Below, piece after piece: positions 1-7,105 of a DNA stretch of 35,744 nt. A model generated the notes under the pieces. The model did not search any database, had not been told where the DNA came from, and saw nothing but the letters and a program-made list of their open reading frames with translations. The first letter of the stretch is position 1, and each line of letters starts with the position of its first letter. Source of the DNA: a virus; IMG/VR virus record IMGVR_UViG_3300037311_000082. One strand, written 5' to 3'. The position numbers and the translations under genes are program-made.

Positions 1-127
1 CGCGCTCGTTGCCGTAGTACGCCTGCAGGAAGGCGAAGACGAGCGCGTGATGGTCCTGCGTGGTGATCGTGTGCATGGGCTGCCGGAGGTCGGCGCCGTC
101 GTTCTCGTGGCCGCCGTAGTGCCGGGC
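1..127. repeat. Terminal overlap copy A (identical to 35618..35744); circular-assembly signature
   Basis: Base-by-base comparison shows 1..127 equals 35618..35744. The repeat lies inside the methyltransferase reading frame, and the frame is continuous across the junction. Confidence 0.95.
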
Positions 128-1123
128 CAGGAAGGCCGCGACGAGGGCGTGCTTCTGGCCGCCAGCGACGACGGTGCCCAGCGGCGCCTCGATGTCCAGC
201 GACCGCGGCGCCTGCCCGGGCCGCTCGCCGTAGCCGGTCTGCACGAGCGTCGGCGCCACCAGCAGGTGCCGGGCCTTCGTCGTGACCGTCGTCAGCGGCT
301 CGGCTGGCGACTGGCCCGACGACGGCGACGACTGGTGGTCCAGGTGCACGATGAACGGCTGCCGGGCGTTGACGACGTACCGCATGACGCCGCGCGCGAT
401 CCGGCGCAGCGTGGCGTCGGCCAGCGGCTTCCGGCGCTCGAAGATCGACGGGCACGGGATCGACCAGTCGATGCACTCCGCCGCCGTCCGGTACGGCGTG
501 CGCCCCGGCCCGTGCGTCGCGTCGGGCCAGCGGATCGGCCGGCCGTCGCAGCGCGCCACGATGAACAGCCGCTTGCGGCTCGTCGGCGCCCCGTAGTCGC
601 AGGCCCGCAGCTCGCGGGCGTCGAGCTCGTAGCCCAGGTTTTCAAGCTGCCGCCACCAGCGGCGGAACGTCATGCCGCGGCGGATCGGGCACGGCCGGCC
701 GTCGTCGAGCAGCGGGCCCCAGTCGGCGAACTCCTCGACGTTCTCGAGGCAGATGACCCGCGGCCGAACGGCCTTCGCCCAGCGGTACACGACCCAGGCG
801 AGGCCGCGGATCTTCTTCGACCGCGGCTTGCCGCCCTTGGCCTTGCTGAAGTGCGTGCAGTCCGGCGAGAACCACGCGAGCCCCACCGGCCGACCGCCCG
901 TCGCTTCGACGGGGTCGACCTGCCACACGTCCTCGCAGTAGTGCTGCGTGTTCGGGTGGTTGAGCCGGTGCATCGCCACGGCTTCCGGGCTGTGGTTGAT
1001 CGCCATGTCAGGCGACCGGCCCGTGGCCCACTCGATGCCCGTACTCGCGCCGCCGCCGCCGGCGAAACTATCCACTATCAACTCCGCGCCTTCGCCCGTG
1101 GGGACAACCTGCGCGCTCGTCAC
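1..1123 (-). CDS. DNA (cytosine-5)-methyltransferase, N-terminal part (continues circularly into 35340..35617; about 466 aa in total)
   Basis: My own minus-strand translation from GTG 1123 gives VTSAQVV..DSFAGGGG (motif I), SPDCTHFS (motif IV, catalytic Cys), CLENVEEF (motif VI) and APTSRKRLFIV (motif VIII). It runs in frame into ..MHTITTQDHHALVFAF.., which is the start of the listed ORF 35340..35693. It is absent from the ORF track because it runs off the window edge. The GTGA overlaps the HNH stop. Confidence 0.9.
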   Translation of the reverse strand, partial: MTSAQVVPTGEGAELIVDSFAGGGGASTGIEWATGRSPDMAINHSPEAVAMHRLNHPNTQHYCEDVWQVDPVEATGGRPVGLAWFSPDCTHFSKAKGGKPRSKKIRGLAWVVYRWAKAVRPRVICLENVEEFADWGPLLDDGRPCPIRRGMTFRRWWRQLENLGYELDARELRACDYGAPTSRKRLFIVARCDGRPIRWPDATHGPGRTPYRTAAECIDWSIPCPSIFERRKPLADATLRRIARGVMRYVVNARQPFIVHLDHQSSPSSGQSPAEPLTTVTTKARHLLVAPTLVQTGYGERPGQAPRSLDIEAPLGTVVAGGQKHALVAAFLARHYGGHENDGADLRQPMHTITTQDHHALVFAFLQAYYGNER

Positions 1124-1578
1124 AGCGCATGCCTCCGACGTCGGGCGGCGCACGCGCGGCGCCGCGCTTCTTCATCTCCAAATCCCGCGGCGCGCGCCTC
1201 ATCGGCGTGCTCGGCTGCGTGCTCCGCTCGCGTCATCGCGGCGAGGTTGGAGATGTCGTCGTTGAGTGGATCTCGGTCCTTGTGATGCACGACCATGCCC
1301 CTCGGCAGAGCCATGCCGTGCGCGGCCTCCCATACAACCTTCGCGCGTTCTCGCCACACATTGGGCTCGGCGATCTTCACGAAAGCCCTCTGCGATCCGA
1401 ATCGCATGCGGATGGTCAAGGATCCGACCGGAAGCCGGTTGTGTGCTGGCTGGCCCGGTTGGAACTCGGTGCGCGGGCTCAGGCGCTGCCCCGGCTTGAT
1501 CTCTGTGGCTACTGACGCTCGTGTGCCGCTGGAATAGCGACCGCGCCCGTCACGGCGACCGACGATCAGCTCGCTCAT
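1120..1578 (-). CDS. HNH endonuclease (152 aa)
   Basis: C-terminal part of listed ORF 1120..1887. It starts at MSELIVGRRDG (ATG 1578, ATGA overlap with the upstream stop). HNH motif: VVHHKDRDPLNDDISNLAAMTRAEH. Confidence 0.85.
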   Translation of the reverse strand: MSELIVGRRDGRGRYSSGTRASVATEIKPGQRLSPRTEFQPGQPAHNRLPVGSLTIRMRFGSQRAFVKIAEPNVWRERAKVVWEAAHGMALPRGMVVHHKDRDPLNDDISNLAAMTRAEHAAEHADEARAAGFGDEEARRRACAARRRRHAL

Positions 1579-1784
1579 GCCCGCTCCCTCGCCTCGCGCG
1601 CCTTGGCCGCCGCCTTCGCGTCGTCGGGACTTGCGAAGAAGTCCACCAGCCGCGGGCCGCGCGCCTCGCTCACGTCCCACAGGGCGTACTTGGCATCGGG
1701 GCCGTGGTACTTCGCGACCGTGTAGCGCCCGCACTCGCTGGCGAGGTGGTACGGCGAGGCCCGGCGCCAGGTCAGGGCGGTCAT
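1575..1784 (-). CDS. Hypothetical protein (69 aa)
   Basis: Listed ORF with balanced composition. Start and stop overlap both neighbouring genes in the operon. Confidence 0.6.
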   Translation of the reverse strand: MTALTWRRASPYHLASECGRYTVAKYHGPDAKYALWDVSEARGPRLVDFFASPDDAKAAAKAREARERA

Positions 1785-2155
1785 GGGCGCGGCCGCGCGT
1801 GCTTCGCGGCGAGCATCTCGCGGTGCTGCTGGCGGAGCTGGCCCAGCCGGATGCCGTTGTCCTGGTAGGCGCGCTCGAGCCGGGCAAAGCCGGGGTGCGA
1901 CTCGTGCGTCAGCGCCACGGCGCGCCCAAGCTCAGCCGCCTGCCGCAGGCAGTCCGCCATGTCGGGGAACTCCCGCCACGCCTTCCGCAGGGTTTCCCAG
2001 CCGTGGCCGTCCTCGGACTTCTGCCCGGCGTTCCGCCGCGGGCACGACGGGCACAGGAACCGCGGCGTGCTGGCGTCGCAGATGCCGCACTTCGCTGCCC
2101 TGGCATGAACCTCTCCCGACGCGACGGCGTCAGGCAGCGCGGATCGACGAACCAC
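1781..2155 (-). CDS. Hypothetical zinc-ribbon-like protein (124 aa)
   Basis: Listed ORF. It has paired CxxC motifs (CGICD ... CPSCP). Its 5' end overlaps the upstream gene end by 26 nt, so the start is uncertain. Confidence 0.55.
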   Translation of the reverse strand: MVRRSALPDAVASGEVHARAAKCGICDASTPRFLCPSCPRRNAGQKSEDGHGWETLRKAWREFPDMADCLRQAAELGRAVALTHESHPGFARLERAYQDNGIRLGQLRQQHREMLAAKHARPRP

Positions 2156-2954
2156 TGCGGGCCCCCTTCGGCGGATCGCGGGAAATCCAGTTGCGCCAGG
2201 CGCGCACCCAGTCCGAGCGCGGCGTCTTGAACTCGTGGTCGCAGAAGCGCTCGGTCTCGCGCTTCACGAACTCGGGCGAGTAGCCCTGCTCGATGGCCCA
2301 GCGGTAGTCCTCGATGGGGACGGTCCAGTCCTCGGGGACGAAGTGGCCGAGCTTCCCGCGGCGCTTCCGGTTCGACGCTTGCGCAGCAACCGGGGCGGGC
2401 GCGGGAGCAGCGGCTTCCGCTGCGACCTCCCCTCTCGGGCTCTCCCCTCTCCCCCCGTCTGGGTTTGAGTTTGAGTTTGCGTTTGAGGGGCGGTCGGCGG
2501 CGGTCACCGGCGGTCCTCGGCGGTCACCGGCGGTCGGCGCTGGTTCCGGTGGTGGATCGGCGGGCGGGGGCGTTCGACGCTCCCCCATCCGCTCCCGGTT
2601 CGCGCCGGTCTCAACCTCCCGCGCGGCCTTCGCGGCCAGGCGGGCTTTCTCGCGGTAGCGGGCGAAGTTGACGACCTGCCAGCCCCAGTCCCGGTGCGGG
2701 TCCAGCAGGACCAGCCGGGCGCCGTTCTCCGCGTTGCTGCGGCTGTACGGGTCGGGCTCGCAGAAGCGCCGCATGCACGCGACCACGTCGTCATGCGGGA
2801 GGCCGGTGACGCCAGCGATGAAGGCCGGCGTGACATCGACGACGCCGTCCTTGTCGGCCAGGGACAGCACGATGGGCCACAGGCCGATGTCCGGCCAGCG
2901 CCCGCAGAGGGTGCCCGTCGTCAGCGACGAGAACAGCGGCGCGTAGCCGGCCAC
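2130..2954 (-). CDS. Putative replication initiator / replisome-organizer protein (274 aa)
   Basis: Listed ORF 2130..3071, trimmed to GTG 2954 (TAGTG overlap with the upstream stop). It has an N-terminal globular domain, a Pro/Ala-rich linker that contains the DNA repeat array, and a C-terminal W/R-rich domain (FVPEDWTVPIEDYRWAIEQGYSPEFVKRETERFCDHEF..DWVRAWRNWISR) of the type seen in phage O/DnaT-like replication proteins (recalled from memory). Its position after the Cro-like gene matches lambda O. Confidence 0.5.
   Translation of the reverse strand: MAGYAPLFSSLTTGTLCGRWPDIGLWPIVLSLADKDGVVDVTPAFIAGVTGLPHDDVVACMRRFCEPDPYSRSNAENGARLVLLDPHRDWGWQVVNFARYREKARLAAKAAREVETGANRERMGERRTPPPADPPPEPAPTAGDRRGPPVTAADRPSNANSNSNPDGGRGESPRGEVAAEAAAPAPAPVAAQASNRKRRGKLGHFVPEDWTVPIEDYRWAIEQGYSPEFVKRETERFCDHEFKTPRSDWVRAWRNWISRDPPKGARSGSSIRAA
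2463..2535. repeat. Iteron-like array: (GTTTGA/C)x4 followed by five GGCGGTC units at an exact 10-bp period; candidate origin inside the replication gene
   Basis: GTTTGAGTTTGAGTTTGCGTTTGAG spans 2463-2487. GGCGGTC starts at 2489, 2499, 2509, 2519 and 2529. Confidence 0.45.
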
Positions 2955-3310
2955 TACTCGCGCTCCCCGCTCCACAGCGGCTTGCACGATGCGTTGCTGG
3001 TCCGCGCCGGCGCGTAGCCCACGCGGCGGATGATCTTCAGGGCGCTCGCGCGCTTGAACACCGAGCCCCACGCGCGCGCGTCAGCGGGCGGCGGCGCACC
3101 GCCGGCCAGATACGCCTCGATGACGTCCTCGGCGAGAAACGGGTAGGCCGAGTCGGCCGCGTAGGCCGCCAGGAAGTTCAGCGCCTCCTCACCCCAGCCG
3201 GGGCACTCGCTCTCCGCGTGCTCGGCGGCGCGCTGGATGCCGACATCGCGGCGGGCCGCGGCTTCGGCGAGGCTGGGGCGGTCCCAGACGAGGCCGAGCT
3301 GGTCCATCAC
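2954..3310 (-). CDS. Hypothetical protein (118 aa)
   Basis: Listed ORF with balanced composition. ATGA overlap with the upstream gene and TAGTG overlap with the downstream gene. Confidence 0.65.
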   Translation of the reverse strand: MMDQLGLVWDRPSLAEAAARRDVGIQRAAEHAESECPGWGEEALNFLAAYAADSAYPFLAEDVIEAYLAGGAPPPADARAWGSVFKRASALKIIRRVGYAPARTSNASCKPLWSGERE

Positions 3311-3528
3311 GCCCGGCCCCCGGTCGGCAGGTGGCGCACGGACGGGAGCCGGGCCCGAAGGAACTCCGAGATGCCGCGGTACTCGCGGACCTCGACGCCG
3401 CGGCGGAAGTCCACGCCCGGCCGGAGGTTGAGCAGGCCATCGCCCTGCGGGCGGACGGCGCGGCGGTCGGTATCGCCAAGGGGGGCACCCCCGAGGGCGA
3501 CGAAATTTTGGCGCTTATGTTGAGACAC
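3307..3528 (-). CDS. Hypothetical protein (73 aa; sits in the cII-like position)
   Basis: Listed ORF with a GTG start preceded by GGGAGGGGAG. Third codon positions are almost all G/C when read by eye. Confidence 0.6.
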   Translation of the reverse strand: MSQHKRQNFVALGGAPLGDTDRRAVRPQGDGLLNLRPGVDFRRGVEVREYRGISEFLRARLPSVRHLPTGGRA

Positions 3529-3580
3529 GCTCGCTCCCCTCCCGATTCGTGGTCAGGTAGGGCTGCCGGCCCCTACCCCC

Positions 3581-3604
3581 GAAAAACGAACGGGCCGGCC
3601 CCCG
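3581..3604 (-). terminator. Weak intrinsic-terminator candidate downstream of the Cro-like gene
   Basis: The minus-strand RNA reads CGGGGGCCGGCCCG (short GC hairpin) followed by UUCGUUUUUC. The stem is only about 4 bp, so support is weak. Confidence 0.25.
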
Positions 3605-3620
3605 GAGGAGCCAGCCCGTG

Positions 3621-3818
3621 CTATGCGGCGTTCGTCTTGCCCTGGTACGGCGCCATGTCGGGCGCCTTGAGGCGCCCCTGCGTGAGCCGCTCGACCTGGT
3701 ACTGACGCGCCAGCGGAACGGTGTCGCCCCACTGGTGAATGGCTGCCCGGGTAATCCCAAGCGCCCGGGCCAGCTCGGCAGCCGTACCGAATGCAGCGAT
3801 GGCGTCCGCCTTCCTCAT
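3621..3818 (-). CDS. Cro/YdaS-like HTH transcriptional regulator (65 aa)
   Basis: MRKADAIAAFGTAAELARALGITRAAIHQWG is a typical short Cro/YdaS-type HTH. It is the first gene of the leftward operon and is divergent from the plus-strand HTH ORF. Confidence 0.8.
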   Translation of the reverse strand: MRKADAIAAFGTAAELARALGITRAAIHQWGDTVPLARQYQVERLTQGRLKAPDMAPYQGKTNAA

Positions 3819-3891
3819 GGGCGCTGATCGTATGGCCGGCTATACATTGCTGTCAAGCGCACTAACCACGGGCGCCCGCACACTGCCACTC
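3819..3891. promoter_or_regulatory. Divergent promoter/operator region (OR-like)
   Basis: Minus strand: TTGACA (3856-3851), 18 nt, then TACGAT (3832-3827), ending 8 nt before the cro-like ATG. Plus strand: TACATT (3843-3848) within the 12-mer CGGCTATACATT (3837-3848), with a poor -35. The 9-mer ACTAACCAC lies at 3861-3869. Confidence 0.5.
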
Positions 3892-4521
3892 ATGGCCTCC
3901 ACGTTGCAGGACCGCATGACCGAAGCCGCTGCCGACATGGGCAAGCGGTTCAACCGGGCCGATCTTCAGCGGGCCGCCAACGTGACGCGCGTCACGGTGA
4001 GCCAGTGGTTCACCGGCCGGATCAGCAGCCTGACCGGCACCCGCCGGGCTTCCGCTTGCCCATGCGGTATAGTGGACTTGACAGCGTGGTTAGTCGGCTA
4101 TACATTCCCCTCAGCCCGCCCCCACCGACCAAACGCGGTGCCGAGCGAGACGGGGCCCAGACCGGGCCGGGGCGGGCACGAGGGGAGACCGATGAACGCC
4201 GCCAACCTCTGCGACCCCCGCGTCGCCAGCTCCGACCGGATGCGCCGCGCCGCCCAGCTCACGCTCGAGGCGCACCGCCCGTGGCGCCCGGACGGCATCA
4301 GCCTTGCCTGTGTGCAGGACTTCCTCGGCCGCCTCGACTGCCTCGCGCAGGCCGACTTCGTGGCCGAGGCCCTCAGCGAAATGGAGCCGCTCGACCTCTG
4401 CGCCATCGCCGAGGCCGCGCGCACCGGCGAGAGCGCCGAGGCCGGCCGGCTCGTCGCCAAGGCCGTCAAGGTCTACGCCGACAACTACCTCGGCAGCCAG
4501 TACGGGGAGATGTTCCGGTGA
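3892..4521 (+). CDS. XRE-family HTH repressor-like ORF (209 codons if read through; may instead be a short HTH gene plus a separate downstream gene)
   Basis: Same frame as listed ORF 3739..4521. From ATG 3892 it reads MASTLQDRMTEAAADMGKRFNRADLQRAANVTRVTVSQWFTGRI..DLTAWLVG, an XRE-type HTH. There is no stop before 4521. No clear SD precedes 3892; the alternative ATG 3916 is preceded by AGGA. Confidence 0.45.
   Translation: MASTLQDRMTEAAADMGKRFNRADLQRAANVTRVTVSQWFTGRISSLTGTRRASACPCGIVDLTAWLVGYTFPSARPHRPNAVPSETGPRPGRGGHEGRPMNAANLCDPRVASSDRMRRAAQLTLEAHRPWRPDGISLACVQDFLGRLDCLAQADFVAEALSEMEPLDLCAIAEAARTGESAEAGRLVAKAVKVYADNYLGSQYGEMFR
4078..4106 (+). promoter_or_regulatory. Near-consensus sigma70-type promoter (OL/PL-like) inside the HTH reading frame
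   Basis: TTGACA (4078-4083), a 17-nt spacer, then TACATT (4101-4106). The spacer contains GTGGTTAGT (4086-4094), the inverse of 3861-3869. CGGCTATACATT (4095-4106) repeats 3837-3848. Confidence 0.6.
4192..4521 (+). CDS. Hypothetical helical protein (109 aa), first gene downstream of the internal promoter; in frame with the HTH ORF
   Basis: ATG 4192 lies 4 nt after GGGGAG (4182-4187). Composition is balanced and helical. The stop forms a GTGA overlap with the next gene. Confidence 0.55.
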   Translation: MNAANLCDPRVASSDRMRRAAQLTLEAHRPWRPDGISLACVQDFLGRLDCLAQADFVAEALSEMEPLDLCAIAEAARTGESAEAGRLVAKAVKVYADNYLGSQYGEMFR

Positions 4522-5003
4522 GCCACACCATCGAACGCGACTGGACCACTGCCGCCGGTCTGCGGGCCGTGTGCCTGCTGATTCACGGAATGCACCGCTG
4601 CGGCTATGTGGCCGTCGGCGCTGACCACCCGCTGCATGGCGTTGACTACAGCGCCCAAACGACCGTCCTGCCACCGCTGCCGGACGACGAGCCGATGGGC
4701 AAGCGGGGGATCATCCCGCTGATCTGCGCGGGCAGCGTGGAAGCCGCGAGCCAGCGGCCCGATTGCTACTTCGACGTTCACGGCGGGCTCACCTTCAGCG
4801 CCGGTGGCGGGAGGTATCCGGCCGAAGGGTCTGGCCTCTGGTGGTTTGGCTTCGACTGCGGCCACGCCGGCGACGGCAGCCTAAACGACTACATCGTCCG
4901 CAACGGCCTGAACGACGGCCCCGTGCGCGACGAGGAATACGTGGTGGCCGAGTGCGAGTCGCTGGCGCGTCAGCTTGCCGCCGTGGCTGGCGGTGCGTCG
5001 TGA
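4518..5003 (+). CDS. Hypothetical protein (161 aa)
   Basis: C-terminal part of listed ORF 4005..5003, from GTG 4518 (VSHTIERDWTTAAGL...WWFGFDCGHAGD...). Globular-looking composition. Coupled to both neighbours. Confidence 0.7.
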   Translation: MSHTIERDWTTAAGLRAVCLLIHGMHRCGYVAVGADHPLHGVDYSAQTTVLPPLPDDEPMGKRGIIPLICAGSVEAASQRPDCYFDVHGGLTFSAGGGRYPAEGSGLWWFGFDCGHAGDGSLNDYIVRNGLNDGPVRDEEYVVAECESLARQLAAVAGGAS

Positions 5004-5206
5004 GAACCCCGCTGTACCTGACGCCCGCCGAGCATGACCTCGTGCGCGGCCTCGCCGTCACCCACAGCCAGCGCCTCGGCGGGGAGCTGCGCACGCGCAC
5101 CGACCTGACGCCCGAGGGCCGCGCGCGCTACGTCGAGCAGCTCGACACCGTGCTCGGGCTGCTGCGCTCCATCCGGCAGGCGGAGGGCGAGACGTGCGCG
5201 ACCTGA
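5000..5206 (+). CDS. Hypothetical protein (68 aa)
   Basis: C-terminal part of listed ORF 4763..5206, from GTG 5000 (VRTPLYLTPAEHDLVRGL...). GTGA overlap with the upstream stop. Confidence 0.55.
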   Translation: MRTPLYLTPAEHDLVRGLAVTHSQRLGGELRTRTDLTPEGRARYVEQLDTVLGLLRSIRQAEGETCAT

Positions 5207-5322
5207 TCCTCGCCCTCTGCATCCTCGCCCTGCTGGCCCTGGTCGCGGCCCTCGCCGTGGCCGAGGCCGGCGAATCCGACTACCCCACCGCTGCAGAGTG
5301 GCAGCAGGAGATTGACCAGTGA
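5194..5322 (+). CDS. Small single-pass membrane protein (42 aa; below the ORF-track size cutoff)
   Basis: My own translation: VRDLILALCILALLALVAALAVAEAGESDYPTAAEWQQEIDQ*. The hydrophobic helix is followed by an acidic tail. Its stop overlaps the exonuclease start (GTGA). Confidence 0.45.
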   Translation: MRDLILALCILALLALVAALAVAEAGESDYPTAAEWQQEIDQ

Positions 5323-6230
5323 ACGCTGTTGCCGAGAAGTTCCCGAACCGCAACGAGTACCTCGGCTGCTCCGAGGTCGCCGCCGCCGTCGGCCTGAACC
5401 CGTGGCAGACGCCGCTCGACCTGTTCCTCGAGAAGACCGGCCAGGTGCCGCGCCCCGACCTGTCGCAGAAGGACAGCGTGCGCTTCGGCGAGCTGCTGGA
5501 GGACGTGGTCGCCGACGAGTTCGCGCGCCGCTCCGGGCTGGAGGTGCGGCGGGACTCCCGCGAGTTCGCGCACCCCGAGCTGCCGTTCCTTCGCGGGCAC
5601 ATCGACCGCCGCATCGTCGGCCGCCGCGCCGGGCTGGAGTGCAAGACGGCCGGCATCCGCATGGCCGCCGACTTCGGCGAGGCCGGGACCGACGAGGTGC
5701 CGCCGCACTACCTTGTGCAGTGCGCCGCCTACATGGCCGTCACCGGCTTCGACGAGTGGCACCTCGCGGTGCTGATCGCCGGCAACGACTTCCGCACCTA
5801 CCGCATCCCCCGCGATGAGGAGCTGATCGCCGGCATCGAGGCCCGGGCCCGGGCGTTCTGGGACGCCGTGCGGACCGGCCAGCCGCCGGCCGCCGTCACG
5901 GCCGCCGACGTGCGGGCGCTCTACAAGCAGGACGACGGCACCGAAGTCATCGCCACGCCCGAGGTCGCCGAGGCGTGCGCCAACCTCGCCGCTGCGAAGG
6001 CCCAGCTCAAGGCCGCCGAGGCGCTGGAGGAGCAGCTCGCCACCCAGGTGCAGTCCTTCATGGGGCCGCACGCCCGCCTGCTCGGCGCCGACGGCAAGCC
6101 GCTGGCGACGTGGACGACTGTCCGCAGCTCGCGCCTCGACGGCAAGCGGCTGGAGGCCGACCACCCTGAACTCGCGGCCCAGTACCGGGCCGATTCCGTG
6201 TCGCGCCGCTTCACCCTGAAGCTCAAGTAG
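5319..6230 (+). CDS. YqaJ-type viral recombinase exonuclease (lambda-Exo-like PD-(D/E)XK)
   Basis: Motifs LGCSEVAAAVGLNPWQTPLDLFLEKTG, GHIDRRI..GLECKTA and PPHYLVQCAAYMAVTG match the YqaJ domain pattern. It sits immediately upstream of RecT. Confidence 0.9.
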   Translation: MNAVAEKFPNRNEYLGCSEVAAAVGLNPWQTPLDLFLEKTGQVPRPDLSQKDSVRFGELLEDVVADEFARRSGLEVRRDSREFAHPELPFLRGHIDRRIVGRRAGLECKTAGIRMAADFGEAGTDEVPPHYLVQCAAYMAVTGFDEWHLAVLIAGNDFRTYRIPRDEELIAGIEARARAFWDAVRTGQPPAAVTAADVRALYKQDDGTEVIATPEVAEACANLAAAKAQLKAAEALEEQLATQVQSFMGPHARLLGADGKPLATWTTVRSSRLDGKRLEADHPELAAQYRADSVSRRFTLKLK

Positions 6231-6239
6231 GAGCCCACC

Positions 6240-6926
6240 ATGGCCGCCAATCCCGAAACCCTCCCCGTCCGGCAGTACGCCCTCGCCACGCTCGCCGAGC
6301 GGTTCGGCGTGAAGGCCGATGCGCTGTTCCTGTCGTCGCTCAAGTCGGTGGCCTTCAAGGCGCCGAACGCGAGCAACGAGCAGCTCCTCGCGCTGTGCGT
6401 CACCGCCAACCAGTACGGGCTCAACCCGTTCACGAAGGAGCTGTACGCCTTCCCCGACAAGGGCGGCGGCATCGTCCCCATCGTCAGCGTGGACGGCTGG
6501 AGCCGCATCCTCAACGACTCGCCGCAGTTCGACGGGCTCGACTTCGTGGAGGCCGAGGACGGCTCGTGGATCGAGTGCGTGATCTACCGGAAAGACCGTG
6601 CCCACCCGATCAAGGCCCGCGAGTACATGGCCGAGTGCCGCCGCGACACCGCGCCGTGGAAGTCGCACCCGCGCCGGATGCTCCGGCACAAGGCGATGAT
6701 CCAGGCGGCCCGCATGGCCTTCGGGTTCTCGGGCATCTATGACCCGGACGAGGGCGAGCGGATCGTGGCCGTGGAGCGTCCGGCGGCGCCGGCCGGCGCG
6801 ACCCAGACGGAGCGCGTGAAGGCGCTGCTCACCGAGCCCAGCCCGGCGCCCGAGCCCGCCGACCCCGGCGTGACGGACGGCGAGTGGCTGGAGGCTGCCG
6901 GCCTCGGGGACGGGGAGGCCGCATGA
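6240..6926 (+). CDS. recT: RecT/Bet-family single-strand annealing protein
   Basis: Motifs NQYGLNPFTKELYAFPDKGGGIVPIVSVDGWSRI and PWKSHPRRMLRHKAMIQAARMAFGFSG. It is paired with the YqaJ exonuclease. Confidence 0.9.
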   Translation: MAANPETLPVRQYALATLAERFGVKADALFLSSLKSVAFKAPNASNEQLLALCVTANQYGLNPFTKELYAFPDKGGGIVPIVSVDGWSRILNDSPQFDGLDFVEAEDGSWIECVIYRKDRAHPIKAREYMAECRRDTAPWKSHPRRMLRHKAMIQAARMAFGFSGIYDPDEGERIVAVERPAAPAGATQTERVKALLTEPSPAPEPADPGVTDGEWLEAAGLGDGEAA

Positions 6927-7105
6927 CCCCCGCCCTCTACCACCGCGAGCGCATCGCGTGCGTGGTGCTGTTCCGGGGCCCGCGCTTCTGCGTGGTCCGA
7001 TTCACCGACCAGCGGGGCCGGTTCCGGCACCTGCTGGGGGATGAGCGCCGGGTGCAGACGCGGTTCGTCCACGTCCTGCCGCCGGCGGGGAGGGTGGCGG
7101 CGTGA
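6923..7105 (+). CDS. Hypothetical protein (60 aa)
   Basis: Listed ORF 6884..7105, trimmed to ATG 6923 (ATGA overlap with the recT stop). Confidence 0.5.
   Translation: MTPALYHRERIACVVLFRGPRFCVVRFTDQRGRFRHLLGDERRVQTRFVHVLPPAGRVAA

Noticed and set aside
1-127. The 127-bp terminal repeat as a genuine T7-style direct terminal repeat
   Set aside because: It lies inside an uninterrupted coding frame and has a length typical of assembler k-mers, so an assembly overlap of a circular or permuted molecule is more parsimonious. This cannot be excluded without read data.
47-1285. 412-aa plus-strand ORF at the window start
   Set aside because: It is Arg-rich low complexity. The opposite strand encodes a C5-methyltransferase with all canonical motifs, which is missing from the track only because it runs off the edge.
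3556-3577. Hairpin GGTAGGG-N8-CCCTACC downstream of the Cro-like gene as a terminator or nut-like site
   Set aside because: On the transcribed (minus) strand the U-run precedes the stem rather than following it, and no N-like antiterminator gene is recognisable. Only the weaker upstream candidate (3581-3604) was listed, at low confidence.
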